Position numbers and translations under genes: made by a program. Below are positions 1 through 12,850 of a stretch of 64,000 nt of DNA, piece after piece. The stretch spans positions 7,502,001 through 7,566,000 of the forward strand of contig OZ287756.1 of the NCBI GenBank assembly GCA_965649765.1. The letters are read 5' to 3'. The stretch's first letter is position 1. Every line of letters begins with the position of its first letter. A model generated the notes under the pieces. The model had not been told where the DNA came from. It did no database searches and saw only the letters and a program-made list of their open reading frames with translations. The DNA comes from Bispira polyomma (lineage: Eukaryota).

Positions 1-1880
1 CCTGGTCTGAAGGTTGAATCTCATTGCCTTGTAGTGTGATTGGGATAACTGATCTTAAGTATACACTGTGTTTGTTGTTGCCCATTAAGATTAATTCCAT
101 TTTATCTGGGTTTAATTTCAGTTTGGAATAGTTCATCCACGCCTGAACTGAGGAGAGACAGTCAGCAAGTAAGTCAAGGTTGTTTCCGGCATTATGAGGA
201 TGAGAGATAGATTTGAGTGTCATAAGCATACATGTGATGTTTAACATTGTGATTAATTGATGACTGCACTTATAGGATGAGTATGGAGGGTAAAAAGTAG
301 AGGGCTGAGAACTGACCCCTGGGTACTCCAAAAGGTAGGTTAAAAAAGTATGAAAAATGGTCGCCCAATTTAAATTTGCGGGTTCTGAGAGCAAGGTACA
401 ATTTAATTCAATCAAGGACAGTACCATAAGGACTAAACCAGTGTTTTAGGGTGTCAAAGAGTAAGCCATGGTCGATGGTATCAAAAGCTGCAGAGAGATC
501 GAGAAGGGTGAGGGCTACAGTTTTATCACAATGCAAGGGTAATGCTACAACTAATTGAAAGGAGGGCTCTCTCTGTGGAGTGAACTTTTCTGTAGGCAGA
601 TTGGTGGGAGTTAGCTAGGTTTTGTTTATTAAGGTGGTCATGGATTTTTTTAGCAACAACTTTCTCAATAAGTTTAGATACAAAGCTGAGGTTAGAGACT
701 GGTTTATAGTTTTTAGCCCATTTTTGTCAATGCCTGGTTTTACCAAATTCTTCTGCAAGAAATGTGAGGCAATGATTATCAGGCAGAACTTGTGAACTCG
801 GCTGTGCGGTAAAGAATTTTATTTATGGAACTCCATAACCTTTTTGGTTTCTTTTTTCTCATTAATGATCGAATTATAGTGCTCTTTTTTGGCTCTGGTC
901 ATCATTGAAGTAGTTTGTGGCGATTCTGTAGCGCTTCCTATCAAATGTTGATTTAGTACGCCACCATAGCCGCTCAAGTTGCCGCTTACGTCTTTTACCT
1001 TCCTTGATGTCTGGGTTGGTCCATTCATAGGGGTCAGAAAGTGGGAGGGTTTTAGAAACCCAAGGAGCATGACTGTTAAGGATAGAGGACAAGGTAAGGT
1101 CATATTGTAGACTAAGACTATCCGCATTTTTACAAGAGTGTTTAATGAGGCGAGAAGCAAGTATGTCAACCCAAAATTTGAGAATGTTAATTTTCTTATG
1201 TTGCAGAATTTAATTATCTGTTTGTGTGACAATGGTTTAGGAAGAACAAGATGTGCAAAAATGGCAAGATGGTCAGACACCCATCAGTAACACATGCATC
1301 CTGTATCAGCTTGGGCTAGTCGAGCAATGATCAGGTCGAGAATGTGGTTGTGGAGGTAAGTGGGATAGGAAATAAACTGTTTGAATTTTAAAATATTAAA
1401 TAGGCTGTAGAAATCTTCGGTTGTAGTGTTTTTGATGTCAACTTTGATGTTAAAGTCACCAAGTACAATACACTCTAAAGGGAGGAGGTTTATTGATTTA
1501 AGGAAACCAGAAAAATATTGATTGAAGGCAGATATAGAAGGGCTCTGTGGACTAGAGAGGGAGGAAACTAGAAATGATTGAGATCCATTTGAAATTTTGC
1601 AGGTGATACATTTAAAAGATGGAGAATTATCAATATTGAGAATTTCACTGGAAAGAGTACTCTTGACAAAGATAGCAACACCCCACCCCACTTGACAGGC
1701 CTAGGAGAGTGGTGCAATCTATAACCTGAAGGTGTGATTTCAGATTTCAGGAATGCAGAAGTATCCTTGGGGCTGAGCCAGGTCTTAAACACACAGGCCA
1801 CATTAGGTCTTGGGTTTCGATAAGGGTGGTGACTGAAGGCACCTTGTTGCGGATAGGTCTAGCATTGAAAGCAACATTTT
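1..1880 (-). mobile_element. Decayed L2/CR1-group LINE ORF2 (APE endonuclease + reverse transcriptase), running off the window start
   Basis: Minus-strand fragments show APE motifs FNARPIRNK, GGVAIFVK, IVLGDFNIKVD, ILDLII and SDH. RT motifs follow: YKPVSNLSFVSKLIEK, LLDLSAAFDTIDH, GVPQGSVLSPLLF, YAYDTQ, LKLNPDK. Multiple frameshifts and stops. Confidence 0.93.
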
Positions 1881-3914
1881 TTTTTATTTGATTGGATAGG
1901 CCCAGTGTTTATTTGATCATTGCCACAGAGAGCGGTAAGTAAGGGAATCCAAAGGTTTCTGACACGGGGGTTCGAATGCCGAAAGAGATGGATTTTGAAA
2001 CAGAGAAAGCCAGTAGTTATGTTGTCTAATGGTGGTAAAAAAGAATGGTAAATTTTGATTTGAAAGGGATACTTTTGGTGAGAGTTTGTATACCATTATA
2101 TACTATGAAACCAAAAACAACAAAATATGAAAGGGCTTGGTAAACGATAGAGGGACAAAATTGGCAAAATTATTTACTGACTGTATTGAGAAAAACACAC
2201 ACCTACTCCCGCCAGACCCACTTTCACAAAAAGAAAAACAACAAAAATTGACAAAAATATTTACTCTACGGTAACGGTACACATTGTAAAATATTCTGTA
2301 CACAGAGACTAAATCAGTAATTTAAACACCTAAAATACAGTACCAAATATGCGGTACACAGTGCTAAATATGCTGTACGACCAACTTCCGCCAAAACGGA
2401 ATGGACGATAATAGGCTAACTACTAAAATGTACATATAAAAACATAAAAAGAGACTACATCAGGCAAACGTAGAAGAAAAAGGATATATAATTATGATTA
2501 ATGCATAAAATGTAACATAAACAATGATTGTAATAAATTTTGTGTTGTGTATCGTAAGTAATTCGGTAAGCGGCTTCTCCCAGTAAAGAATAAGAACCAT
2601 GAAGAATGAGCACCTTGGGAGATAATATATCAACAGGGCATTATATATGCATAGCGAATCTATGTAAAAGGTGTGTAGTCTGATATCATTGCTATTGATG
2701 TATTACCCTGCTTTACAATTTACACCCCCAGCCAGTGTGCTTTTATTTGTCAACCAGTTATTCACTCTCTTTGCACACTAGCCTTGCTGCCATATACAGC
2801 GCAAAGACTGAACACATACGCTGTTCAAGGGTCTTAATTTAGCCTTAAGATTAAGATTTTAATATTTAATGTTGGCAGAAATGTTTTAAGATTTTGGTTT
2901 CAGTTCCACTGACATTAAGGAAATATCTATGTTTAATGTTAACTTTGATATTAACACTAAGACTAACAGCAGACAGTTTGAGATATTTTAGACATAACTG
3001 TTTAGCTTAAGACAAAGTTGAGACAAAGACCTCTCGTGAATATGGCCCCAGAGCACATTATTTTCCAAATCACATCCTGAGGAAGGTCCCTGTCTATAAG
3101 AGGAGATGCATCTCATGTCCTTTGTCTCCTATTAGCTGAAATGAAGCTCAGTAGGACACAAAAGGTGTGTCTTCTATCAGAAGTCTAGGCAGGCCTTTCA
3201 TCTATACAAGGCTAATGTCTCCATCCTATTAGTTTCACAGATAAAAAGCAAGGGGTTTTGTTTTATCAGGCACAGCCTTATAATGTTGTCATTCTGAAGA
3301 GGATGCCACCATCTTAGAAAATGTGTAAGGCATTCCTGAATTGGTTGTAAGCCATCGAAACGGCTAAACTCAGGGGTGTCACATTTATTGCTATCAAACG
3401 CAGTATGTCTGAGTATCTAGTGGCCATATCAACGTTAGTGTATTCAACACTGCATGTCGATGTCGTTTTTATTAGACAACTCTTGTTTAGTAAAGAGGAT
3501 GAATAGTCTCAATCCAGGGTAAGTTATACAGCACAAATGAAAAATATAAATAGTTGCTAAAAATGGTAGTTAGCTGGAATTTATTTAGATATTATGTCAC
3601 TTTTAACAGCTTAGGTCATAATTCAATGGCCATATTCAATGGTGTAAGAATCCAGTGCTAAAGCCACTGAGTACCCAACAAAACTTTCTACATGAAGGAA
3701 CACACTAGATTCAAACCCACATTAGTGAGAGGCCAGGGATTGTGAAGCTATTACTTATATCCAGTGTGTCACAGCTAAACATACGTATAACTACACACAT
3801 TACACAACTTGTGACCATGATGTTCTTGTAATCCATTATGTTTTTTGTTATTCAAAAATTTTCCAGTCCCCTTCTTGCCCAATTGTTGGTCACAAAAAGA
3901 AATAAATAATGAAT

Positions 3915-4880
3915 AAATAGTGACTAATTGTGACTGCGGAATTCTTGGACTTCCTCTTTTTCTTTCCTACTCAATTTCTTTCAGGTCCCCTTTCGCCTGA
4001 TGTTGGGCAAAACTATAAATAAATAATATCCCTTCTTGGACACTTAACCATAGTTACTATACAAATAATACGCTATCTTACAGCCCTAATGGTCAGGTAT
4101 TATTTGTCAGTGTCTATGGTTTAATTATGATATATATATGTGCCCTTCAGGTGGATCCACATAAACAAAAATAACAACACATATTTTGTAATTACAAACA
4201 AAGGTATTTTAAAAAAGGAGATAATTTTAACAGTACATAGACAGCATCATCGTTGTACAAATATTTAGAGTTTCGAAAATGTTACTTTTGTTGGACCATT
4301 GCATCACTATCCTAAGTTAAATTTCGTTTTCCAATGTGAAGTAAATATTAGCATAAGTTATTAGTTTTCAGAAACTGTTAATGTTCCAAATGAATATTCA
4401 TATGTACAATTTTTGTTGTGTATATTCATCAAGTATATTCATCAAGTTAGATGTGAAGCCATATAGGAGGCATTCTTCCATTTACTTAAATTTTATTTCA
4501 AACGAAAACAATCTACTGTATTAAGGAGAGAAAATGAGTGGGATTAATTTTTTAATAATTTTTGACAAGGAGTATTTCAATATCAAAGCAGAAAATAATA
4601 ATATTACTAATAAACAGTAAAAATGTTGCTACAATGTTGCTATAGTTAATTTAAATAGGACAATGCCTGTCTGCTGTAGAAGGGAAATGAATCCTAAGTA
4701 GCTCTTCATTAATGCTGGGGATTAGATGCATTAACAATATGTTTGAGAGACAAAAATGATATTTTGAAAAAGTAGTGAATTCAGCTTAACTGATAAGGTA
4801 TTAAACAATAAATTTTTGGATCAAAGGTGACAATAACACACTATATGAGATTAAACTCTGAACTTTAATTATGGAAGCAA
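3915..4880. repeat. Old non-coding duplication, copy A (copy B at ~8365-9320)
   Basis: Colinear shared blocks AATAGTGACTAAT, GCTATCTTACAGC, GCCCTTCAGGTG, GGAAATGAAT...AAGTAGCTCTTCA and ATGAGATTAAACT, offset by ~4.45 kb. Confidence 0.75.
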
Positions 4881-5113
4881 CAGTAGATTTTATTAATTAC
4901 ATAGCAATTATTAATAGATCATGATGTTTTAACCTGGGTGTCTATTTATCAAAGATAACCTCACGAAATACTCCATTAGAAATTGTGAGTAGGTCAAGAT
5001 TTTCTTCCCAGCAAACCACCATGATTCAGCAAGTCTAGTTTCGACTTTCCTCCAGGAAGAGATGTAAATTTTTCATCAGTTTTAGCTTTATTATAAGGTA
5101 CATGCATATTTTT

Positions 5114-5530
5114 TTATATCATCCCAAATTCAGGAATATTTATAAACAAAGATGAAAACACAAGATATGGATTAAAATGGCCAGTTTATTCAACTGACAA
5201 AAATGTATATATTAAACCAAGCACGCAAGATCTTTACAATTGGATTACATCACACAAGTGACTTATAATTACATTATTTATTTACATAAATGTGGTGAGT
5301 GACACCAACCCAAAATACCGCAGGTATCACTCACCCCACGAAGAAAAAGGAAGGGAAACAGAAAACACATATTGGCATTGATATGGTTGGAATCCTAATG
5401 TATTTCTCCAAAATCAACTGACTTTATTTCAGAAAGGCCTATTTATATTAGTGATGGACTAAGCCTCACATACAGAGTTAGCCTTCCTTTGGCGATATGA
5501 ATGTGAATATATATTTGATATAATCGTTAT
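5114..5530 (-). mobile_element. Mini/solo derivative of the YR (Ngaro/DIRS-like) element at 33987-38407: only the two ends, joined
   Basis: 5114-5440 matches 33986-34335 and 5457-5530 matches 38332-38406. Both loci have termini TTATATCA...TGATATAATCRTTAT. Confidence 0.8.
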
Positions 5531-8364
5531 GTATTTGTGTTCATAATAAACACATGCAAACAATGACTCTCCAATGACCATGTTTGATCTCGACCCGACC
5601 TTTGATGGGAAGACTAGAAGTTTTTTAATGTCCTCTGTCAAGAATGTTATGTGTCTGTTTGTTTTTTGATATCAGTCAAAACTTTCATCATGACTTAGTG
5701 AATGAAAGCCATCCTTTTAAGTTATTCACTATAAGGTTAATTTCCTTTCATTTTTTCCCATATCCTTTGGACCAGGATTGCACAAAACTAGTGAACCAGC
5801 TTGCATGAAATGTGGTGGCGTGATGGGGATCATAAAATAGTCTATTTAATTTTGGAGCGAGGGAGGACGTAGAAGTTAATTTTGTGCACTGAAGTACCTG
5901 GCAGATGTTAGTACTCCACTGAGTGACCTTCTGGTTAACCATGGGATACCAGCAAAGTTATATGGTTTTAGAATAAATCATAATAATCAATATTGTATTA
6001 CGTATGCATACTTATCAGCTTCTTGTATTAATAATATTATTTCAAAATCTTTGATGTGCTTAATGCATCAGTAAAAATTGCAAAAAAAAACGTTTTTTAG
6101 GAGAAAAAGAGAAAATATGATTCATGTAAAAGCATTTAAATTAATTGACAAAAACAAGATCTCTACTATTTTGTGTTAAACATACTTGTCTGCCTTTTTA
6201 GTTTGCGTGCTGGTTCATTATGTTTATACAAAGAAATAAAGCATGCAGTATTCAATTGGATCAAAACAATGTTACAAGAATAGAGGAACAAAACAGAAAA
6301 GAGCACAGAGAGAAAGCAAGACTAGTTTATCTTTACTGTGTATACATTTTCTGAGGAACCTAATAGCATGTATATAAAAACAATATTTAAATAGGTGTAA
6401 ATATATATACATATGTAGAGTTAAACCAATGATATCACAATTTTCACTCATTGTCAAAATCGTGATATATATAAAATCTGTAAATGTGTATGCATGAACC
6501 ATTACCTTATGCAATATAAAAGCTAAGTGTAAGGTTATTTTAAAAGAAAGACAAACAATATAGAGTTGATGAGAATAGTGTGTCTATACAATATGTGGTT
6601 ATGAGACAAATGAGATTTAGGCTTGCAGAAGTAACTTCATTATACCAACATATAGCATTAAGTAAGACGAAGCGGATGGGCGAAAGAACAGAAAATTAAA
6701 TCACACAATGAATAGACATGGTTACAAGTCACTCTTCAAATAAGACAATATCATATTCCCTCAAAATACTGTTATATTCTCACAAAAAAAAACACAGAAA
6801 GTCTCCTGTGAAATGAAAGGTATTGAGTTATACCCACGTCACACACAGTCAAATCTAGATAGCAAATGATTCAATTCTCTGAGAAATCTTTTTGGTGTAG
6901 GCGACTATCCACTCAATCCATTACAATTCCTGAGCCATTGTGGTATAAACAGGAGTCTAACTGGGGACCTCATGATCACCAGACCAAGTCACTAACGCCA
7001 AGTCCAGAATCAACAACAAAAAATGGACCAGATACGGTCATGAGGGAACAAGATAATATGTTGTCGGAACCATTTGCTATCTTGATGGAACACAAAAAAT
7101 AGGATTGATATGTTTTTTACTATATCATTGGTTTAAAACCATGCATATGATTAAGTCTCATCAATAGTTCTATAGAATATTTCCCAAAAGGTGCTGTTTT
7201 ACAGTTGTTTCAAGATACAGTATATGTATCAATTTTATTAAGCAGGTATTATATAAATTGGAAATAATATTTCCTTATAATAAATTAAAATACATATGTT
7301 CGTATAATTTATTGATACGGTGAAAACCATAGTATGGGATTGTTAGATGGCTTTAAGTACTACTTCCTTCCCACTGATGTCAACTTCGCAAAGTGTCAGT
7401 ACCATAGCCAATGAGGTTTATCCGAGGCATGGTTATTGCTATTTGAACACTAATACTCTGTGCGGTCCAATCTGCAAAATGGTTGGGGCACACAATTTGC
7501 TGCTGTTCCTAAGAGAACGGATAATAGAAATAATAATAAAAGTTCTTAGAAGAGATTAACTTAGGACCAAGACAGATATGTTTCCTAGTTTTTCAAGACA
7601 TTGCAAAGAGAACAAACAACAGTGATGCGTTGATTGATTCTTAATATTAAATGTGAATTTTTTTGTAGCTCCTAATTTTAATGGTTTACCATTATGGCTG
7701 ACAAAGTGTAGAAATAAAAGCGTCCATTTTCGCTTACTTTTGCTTTAAATTTCTTTGTTTGAAAAATACAGTTTTAGTCTAGTTTCTCATAGTTGCCTGA
7801 CTTTTTGACAGTTGACTTTTCTGGCAACATAGGCTGTACATTATTTTTAGTGAAATTTATAAAAGCAACAGTTTGTGCTTGCCAATTAAACAAATGTAAA
7901 ATAGCTAGGATATATTTTATATTTTAGAAGTCAAACTTTACAGAATTAAGTGAGGAGAAAACAAAGAAAGCATTACTATTACAGGACACTCTTGTGTTTG
8001 CACTCTGTCAGAAGCCATACCTTTTTTGCACAGTTTAACTTGTTTAGTTTTTCAGTCCCACAAAGAATCCCCAAAGAGAATGGTTGACTGATGTGCTCAC
8101 GATAATGAATACCTTGGAGATAAAAGGTAGTTTGAAAAAATATTTCACTTTACCTTAAATATTTAAAGGCTTTCATTGTTCGAAACCATCAAGTGTGTGA
8201 GTATTGAACGAAATAAAGGCTTTGATATTTTGATTATGAAATAAAGCAGAACAGGATTGTTGGTTGATATTTCTGACAGAAAACCATCACCTTTCATTCG
8301 GTGGTGCCATCTTTTGTTGAAAAAAAGTCAGAGGAGTTATTTGATTAATGTACAAATTCTGGCA

Positions 8365-9320
8365 AATAGTGACTAATAGTGACTATGTCATTCTGGGGCT
8401 CCTAAAACCATAAATAAATATTGATCACATGGTTACTAGACTAAAACAAGGCTATCTTACAGCACTAGTTGACAGCTATCATTTGCTAGTGGCAATGTTT
8501 AATTAGGATACATGTATGCCCTTCAGGTGATTCTGTGTAAACAAAGACACAGGAAAATCTTTGGAATTCCATTTCATCTTTTACTATTTTGGCAGTGATC
8601 TTGGTGAAATATTGTCTGCCAATTTGAAATCAATATTAACAGAGGTTGTCATTATGTAGAATATGTTTTGTTACCAAACTACTGAAGTATTTATGTATGA
8701 ATATCAAGCCAGAGAGGAATTATAATGAATTTCCCAGTTTTCATGAATAATAAAGTAAGATGCAAACTATATGATTGTATTGTCAGTGTTTCTTTGCGCA
8801 ATAATGGGAACAATGCATAGTGTACTGGTGATGATTTTAGCTTGAAACAACATCTAAATTTAGTTACAAGTTTTACTTTTTCTGGGAATTAAGTTTCACA
8901 TTTTAAGCTTTTTATCCAAAAGATACCTAGTAAACATGGGTACATTTGCACCTGTGAAAGGTCGTCATGGTTACCTTTAATAAATAGCTGCAGCTTTTTG
9001 CAGCTTTATTAAGGTTAATTATTATGTCAGGACTGCCTAAGAATGTCATAAATTGGATTAAATTAGATTGAGATGTAATCAAAGAATGTCCCCACCAAAT
9101 AAAAAATGTTGCAAGAGTTAATATATTGAATCTGCTGTGTTAGGAAATGAATTCAAAGTAGCTCTTCAAAAATGCTAGGGATTTAAAAATTGCCAATATG
9201 ACAAATAAGACTGATTTTTTAAACAAATTACTAGATATTATGGCCTGAACATTTTCAGTAAGGAAAATTATAATACATTAGTTCACGTCAATAAATGAGA
9301 TTAAACTGTAAATTTTATTG
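8365..9320. repeat. Old non-coding duplication, copy B
   Basis: Colinear with 3915-4880. Confidence 0.75.
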
Positions 9321-9925
9321 ACTTTAAAAGTAATTTGGAATTACTGAAACTCAGTACAGAAGGGCAATCACAACTTATCTTACAGTGAAAATATTGGTAT
9401 CAATTATTCATTATTGCAGCTAGAAAGAGGTGTCATTTTTGTAATGGATTCTGTTATTGTGTGCTCTGTCCTAAAATAAGACTTGTATGTGGCTATGTAT
9501 AGCTAGACAGACCAAAAAGTATAGGTTTATTCCACGTACAAGGACTTATTTTGAGTTGAGTGTAAGCGTGAGTTAGTTGGCAGAACACAGTCTTGGATTA
9601 TGAAACAGCTAGCAAAGATGAGTTTCTTTTGCAAACCAACAGGTTTTGAGGTTTTCTCTTAAACGAAAGACAAAACTAGGTGGTATGGAGCCATGACAGG
9701 TATTTCCTACATCTGTGTATGTCACAGTAGTTGACAGTAGACTTGCTGAAGACCGGTGGTTTACAGTACAGAAAACTTGACCAACTATCCTTGTGCTGGT
9801 TTCCTCTACCTATAAACAACCCATTGTGATATAATATAAAGATGTTTTAAAGTGTGAGCAAAATTGAACTAAATCATATATTTTCAAAAAAAGTTTCTGT
9901 GTAAATTTCCAACTTTCATCTTTAA

Positions 9926-10490
9926 GATTGTTCGCTACCATTTTTTTTACCCCACAGATTTTCAAAAAAAGATTTTATGAAAAGCTTCATTAATATGTTG
10001 AACCAAAATATCAAAAATGCTATGTCACACCTGGCTCTTTCAAAAGCTACAGAGCTTTGAATGTGCTATGTATTTTCATTTATTTGCCTATAGTTTTCAA
10101 TGGAAAAGCCTGTTTTGGGAAGGAAAAATTCCATAAAAAGGTACTTTAAAAAGATTTCACCCCACAGAATATTATTTTTTTCCACAGTTGTGGTAAATTA
10201 TGAAATCCAACTAAATATGAGGAAAAAACAGAGGGTCACCGGGATAAATCTTTCAAAATCTTAGTTTGTTTAGAATTTTTAAGACCCAAAACCTTATGTT
10301 TCTATTGAAATAATGGGAAACATCTCGAATATTTCTAGAGATAAACATAATATTTATAGCAGAGTGGCTCATGAAAAGGCAAAATGACACATAATTCCCA
10401 ATAAACAATTTAATAAAGCACATTTTCTGCAATTTTCATGAAAAAATATTGAAATTTATTTTTTGGGGAAAAAAATGGTAGCGAACAACC
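9926..10490. mobile_element. MITE with TTAA target site (Kolobok-like)
   Basis: TIRs GATTGTTCGCTACCATTTTTT / AAAAAATGGTAGCGAACAACC, flanked by TTAA and TTGA; RR...YY ends; inverted second copy at 19174-19678. Confidence 0.8.
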
Positions 10491-11545
10491 TTGACTCATA
10501 CTTGCAATCAAAATCGTTTAGGCAAGGTTTATCTCTTCAGTTTGTTACTTTGATGAATAAAACACGTTATTTTTTTACATAACATCAAAAAACACGAAAA
10601 CAAACTCCTTCTGTTTTCTAAAATAGCATAGCATAAACACAACAATTTCCTTAGTAAAATCAGAGAAAAACTAAACAATTTCCTGGAGATCTTTGATGAG
10701 CATTTTCTAGACAGATTACAGACCCAATCCAATGAGCTCCTTGTTTCCTCAAAGATGCACGGATCATTCCACTTGAACTCTATTTGAATAGTATGAACAT
10801 TTTTTTTAGACTAGGTATAAGTTTGGGGTTTATCTTCCTTTACATACATACTGTCTATGAATAGTTGCATTGAACTGAAAAAAACACAATAAACTTGATT
10901 CATGTGAAAACATACAATAAACTGTATTTTATTACATATGACCTCAGAATAAACCCTTTTATAAATACCATATGTTGTGCTTTGATCTTCAAGAGAAGGG
11001 GGAAAACAGGAAATTCAATAATACCTGTATCTTAAGTAGGGTTTGTTTTTAAGGTAATGCATCTACATGGTTTACAATCATCTGTGTCAGAATAACATGG
11101 GGTTTTCAGTCTGTTGTTGATGAGACAGTTTTTTTTTACAAGGTCAGTTATCTATTTTAGACCGCAGAATGAGTAAAATCGAGATGTTTTGCCAAAAATA
11201 TAATCACTTTTTAAACCACAATATTTATGCTGAGAATGTTGCATGGTCCAAGGAAAACTTTGAAGTAGATCTGTGTTTATTGCTTTACTTTCTGTGCTAT
11301 GGGATGGACAAATTGTACAGCTTGAGTGACTGGAGCTTTCTAGGAAGAAATAACATTTAAAAAAAGGACATTGCAGTAGTTTTATGCATTTTTAGTAGCG
11401 ACAGCGGCTGTGACATTTTCATCAGGTAACATTTTTACTTAATAAGAATCATTTGACACACATGTTGGATCACCTCACATCCTCTTTTCAAAAGTAAATG
11501 ACTCTATATGCAATTCCATTAATGCTAGGAAGGTAGTAGTGGATT

Positions 11546-11763
11546 ATTACCTCCATCGAGGAGGTTATGTTTTCATGCATGACCATTGTTTGTTTATTAC
11601 TAGTTCACTGAACCAATTTACTTGTAACTTGGTTGGAAAGGGGATGTGGCAGCATGGGCCAAAGCAGAATCTTATATTTTTGGTGTCGAACAAATCTAGA
11701 ACAGTGGATGCAATATTTTCTTTTCAATTTCGAACTGTGTGGTGATTTGGCGGAGCCTTCTAG
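11546..11763 (+). mobile_element. Short non-autonomous Helentron-like (HINE-type) element
   Basis: Begins ATTACCTCCATCGAGGAGGTTATGTTTT and ends TTGGCGGAGCCTTCTAG|T, i.e. degenerate subterminal inverted repeats and a CTAG end. A related 5' fragment lies near 32630. Confidence 0.5.
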
Positions 11764-12299
11764 TGTATTTCTGCATTTATGCCAGTGACCATTACATGAT
11801 TCAGAAATCAATAACTCTTACCTCTAGGCCAACATATAGCTCCCTTCTATATCTTACATATACAATACCAAAATTTGTTGATTGCATGAGGTACAATGGT
11901 GGAAATTTAGCAGATTTTCTGCAATTCCCGGCACCTGATTGTGTTTTCCGGTATAATTTAGTGGAATCATAATGGAGTTATATAATACTTGAGGACAGAT
12001 ATTTGTAAAAGAGAGGTAAAGAAATCAAAATCCGCCTGAGGTGTAGAATTTCCATCTTTCTTTACACTAAGTTGTTTGAGTTCCCAAGCCATTGCATGGC
12101 ACTATACTGCATGTATGTTCATCAGTAATGAAGCATTTTGTGACTGGTGTCAAAGTACTCATTGTAGGTTTGGTAACACTCTATTGTATTGGATAACACA
12201 CCTTATTGATGCGAGAGATCTTACAGAATCAATCAACCAATTGGGTTGGGAAGTCCAACTAAACATAGTCAGCTTGTAAGAAATGATGTCGGGGGTACA

Positions 12300-12850
12300 G
12301 GGAGGGAATTAATGTGGGTAAGCAAGCTGGAAGAGATAGGTTTCAAGTTATATTCTAAACCTAAAAAGTGTTGGTAGTGATTTTTTTTTTTTTTTTTTAA
12401 TTTGGATATTTAACGTCCACTGTAGTACCTGTTTAGGTTATATTGGGACAGGTAGTTGGAAACGCTGGAGGAAACACTGCATACAGTTGATCAAGGTTCT
12501 GCACTGAAACCAGCAACCCACAGTAAGGAACTACTACCATTCCCACATAGGCATCGACGGCAGTCGAACTCACGCCCCCCAGAGGTGAGAGACCAGTGAT
12601 TGTGAAGCGCAATGCTTGCTAACCACTAGGCCACCGTGGCCCCTGCTAGTGATCTAAGCTCAACTGAAGAGACTATTCCATACAACATAGGGGCAGCGAT
12701 TGAGAAAACTCCAGATCTAGCCCTATGTGCTCATATAAGCTGGTGTTTTTATTAACATAAGAAGCAAAATTGCTCATTACTTGTTACACGTGATATGCTA
12801 CCACAAGATATACAAGAACGATCTATTAACCATAAAGATTTTCTTGTGAT
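12300..12850 (-). mobile_element. L2-type LINE 3' end remnant interrupted by a SINE
   Basis: Homologous to 27190-27550 and 45870-46240, whose minus strands read as a decayed FSMAAPML(W)NSLP...FRRKLK.YLF, the L2 ORF2 C-terminus. Confidence 0.7.
12381..12643 (-). mobile_element. tRNA-derived SINE, full length
   Basis: Reverse complement of 16760-17014 with A/B boxes and a poly(A) tail (T run at 12381-12398). TSD TGGTAGTGA / TGCTAGTGA. Confidence 0.92.
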
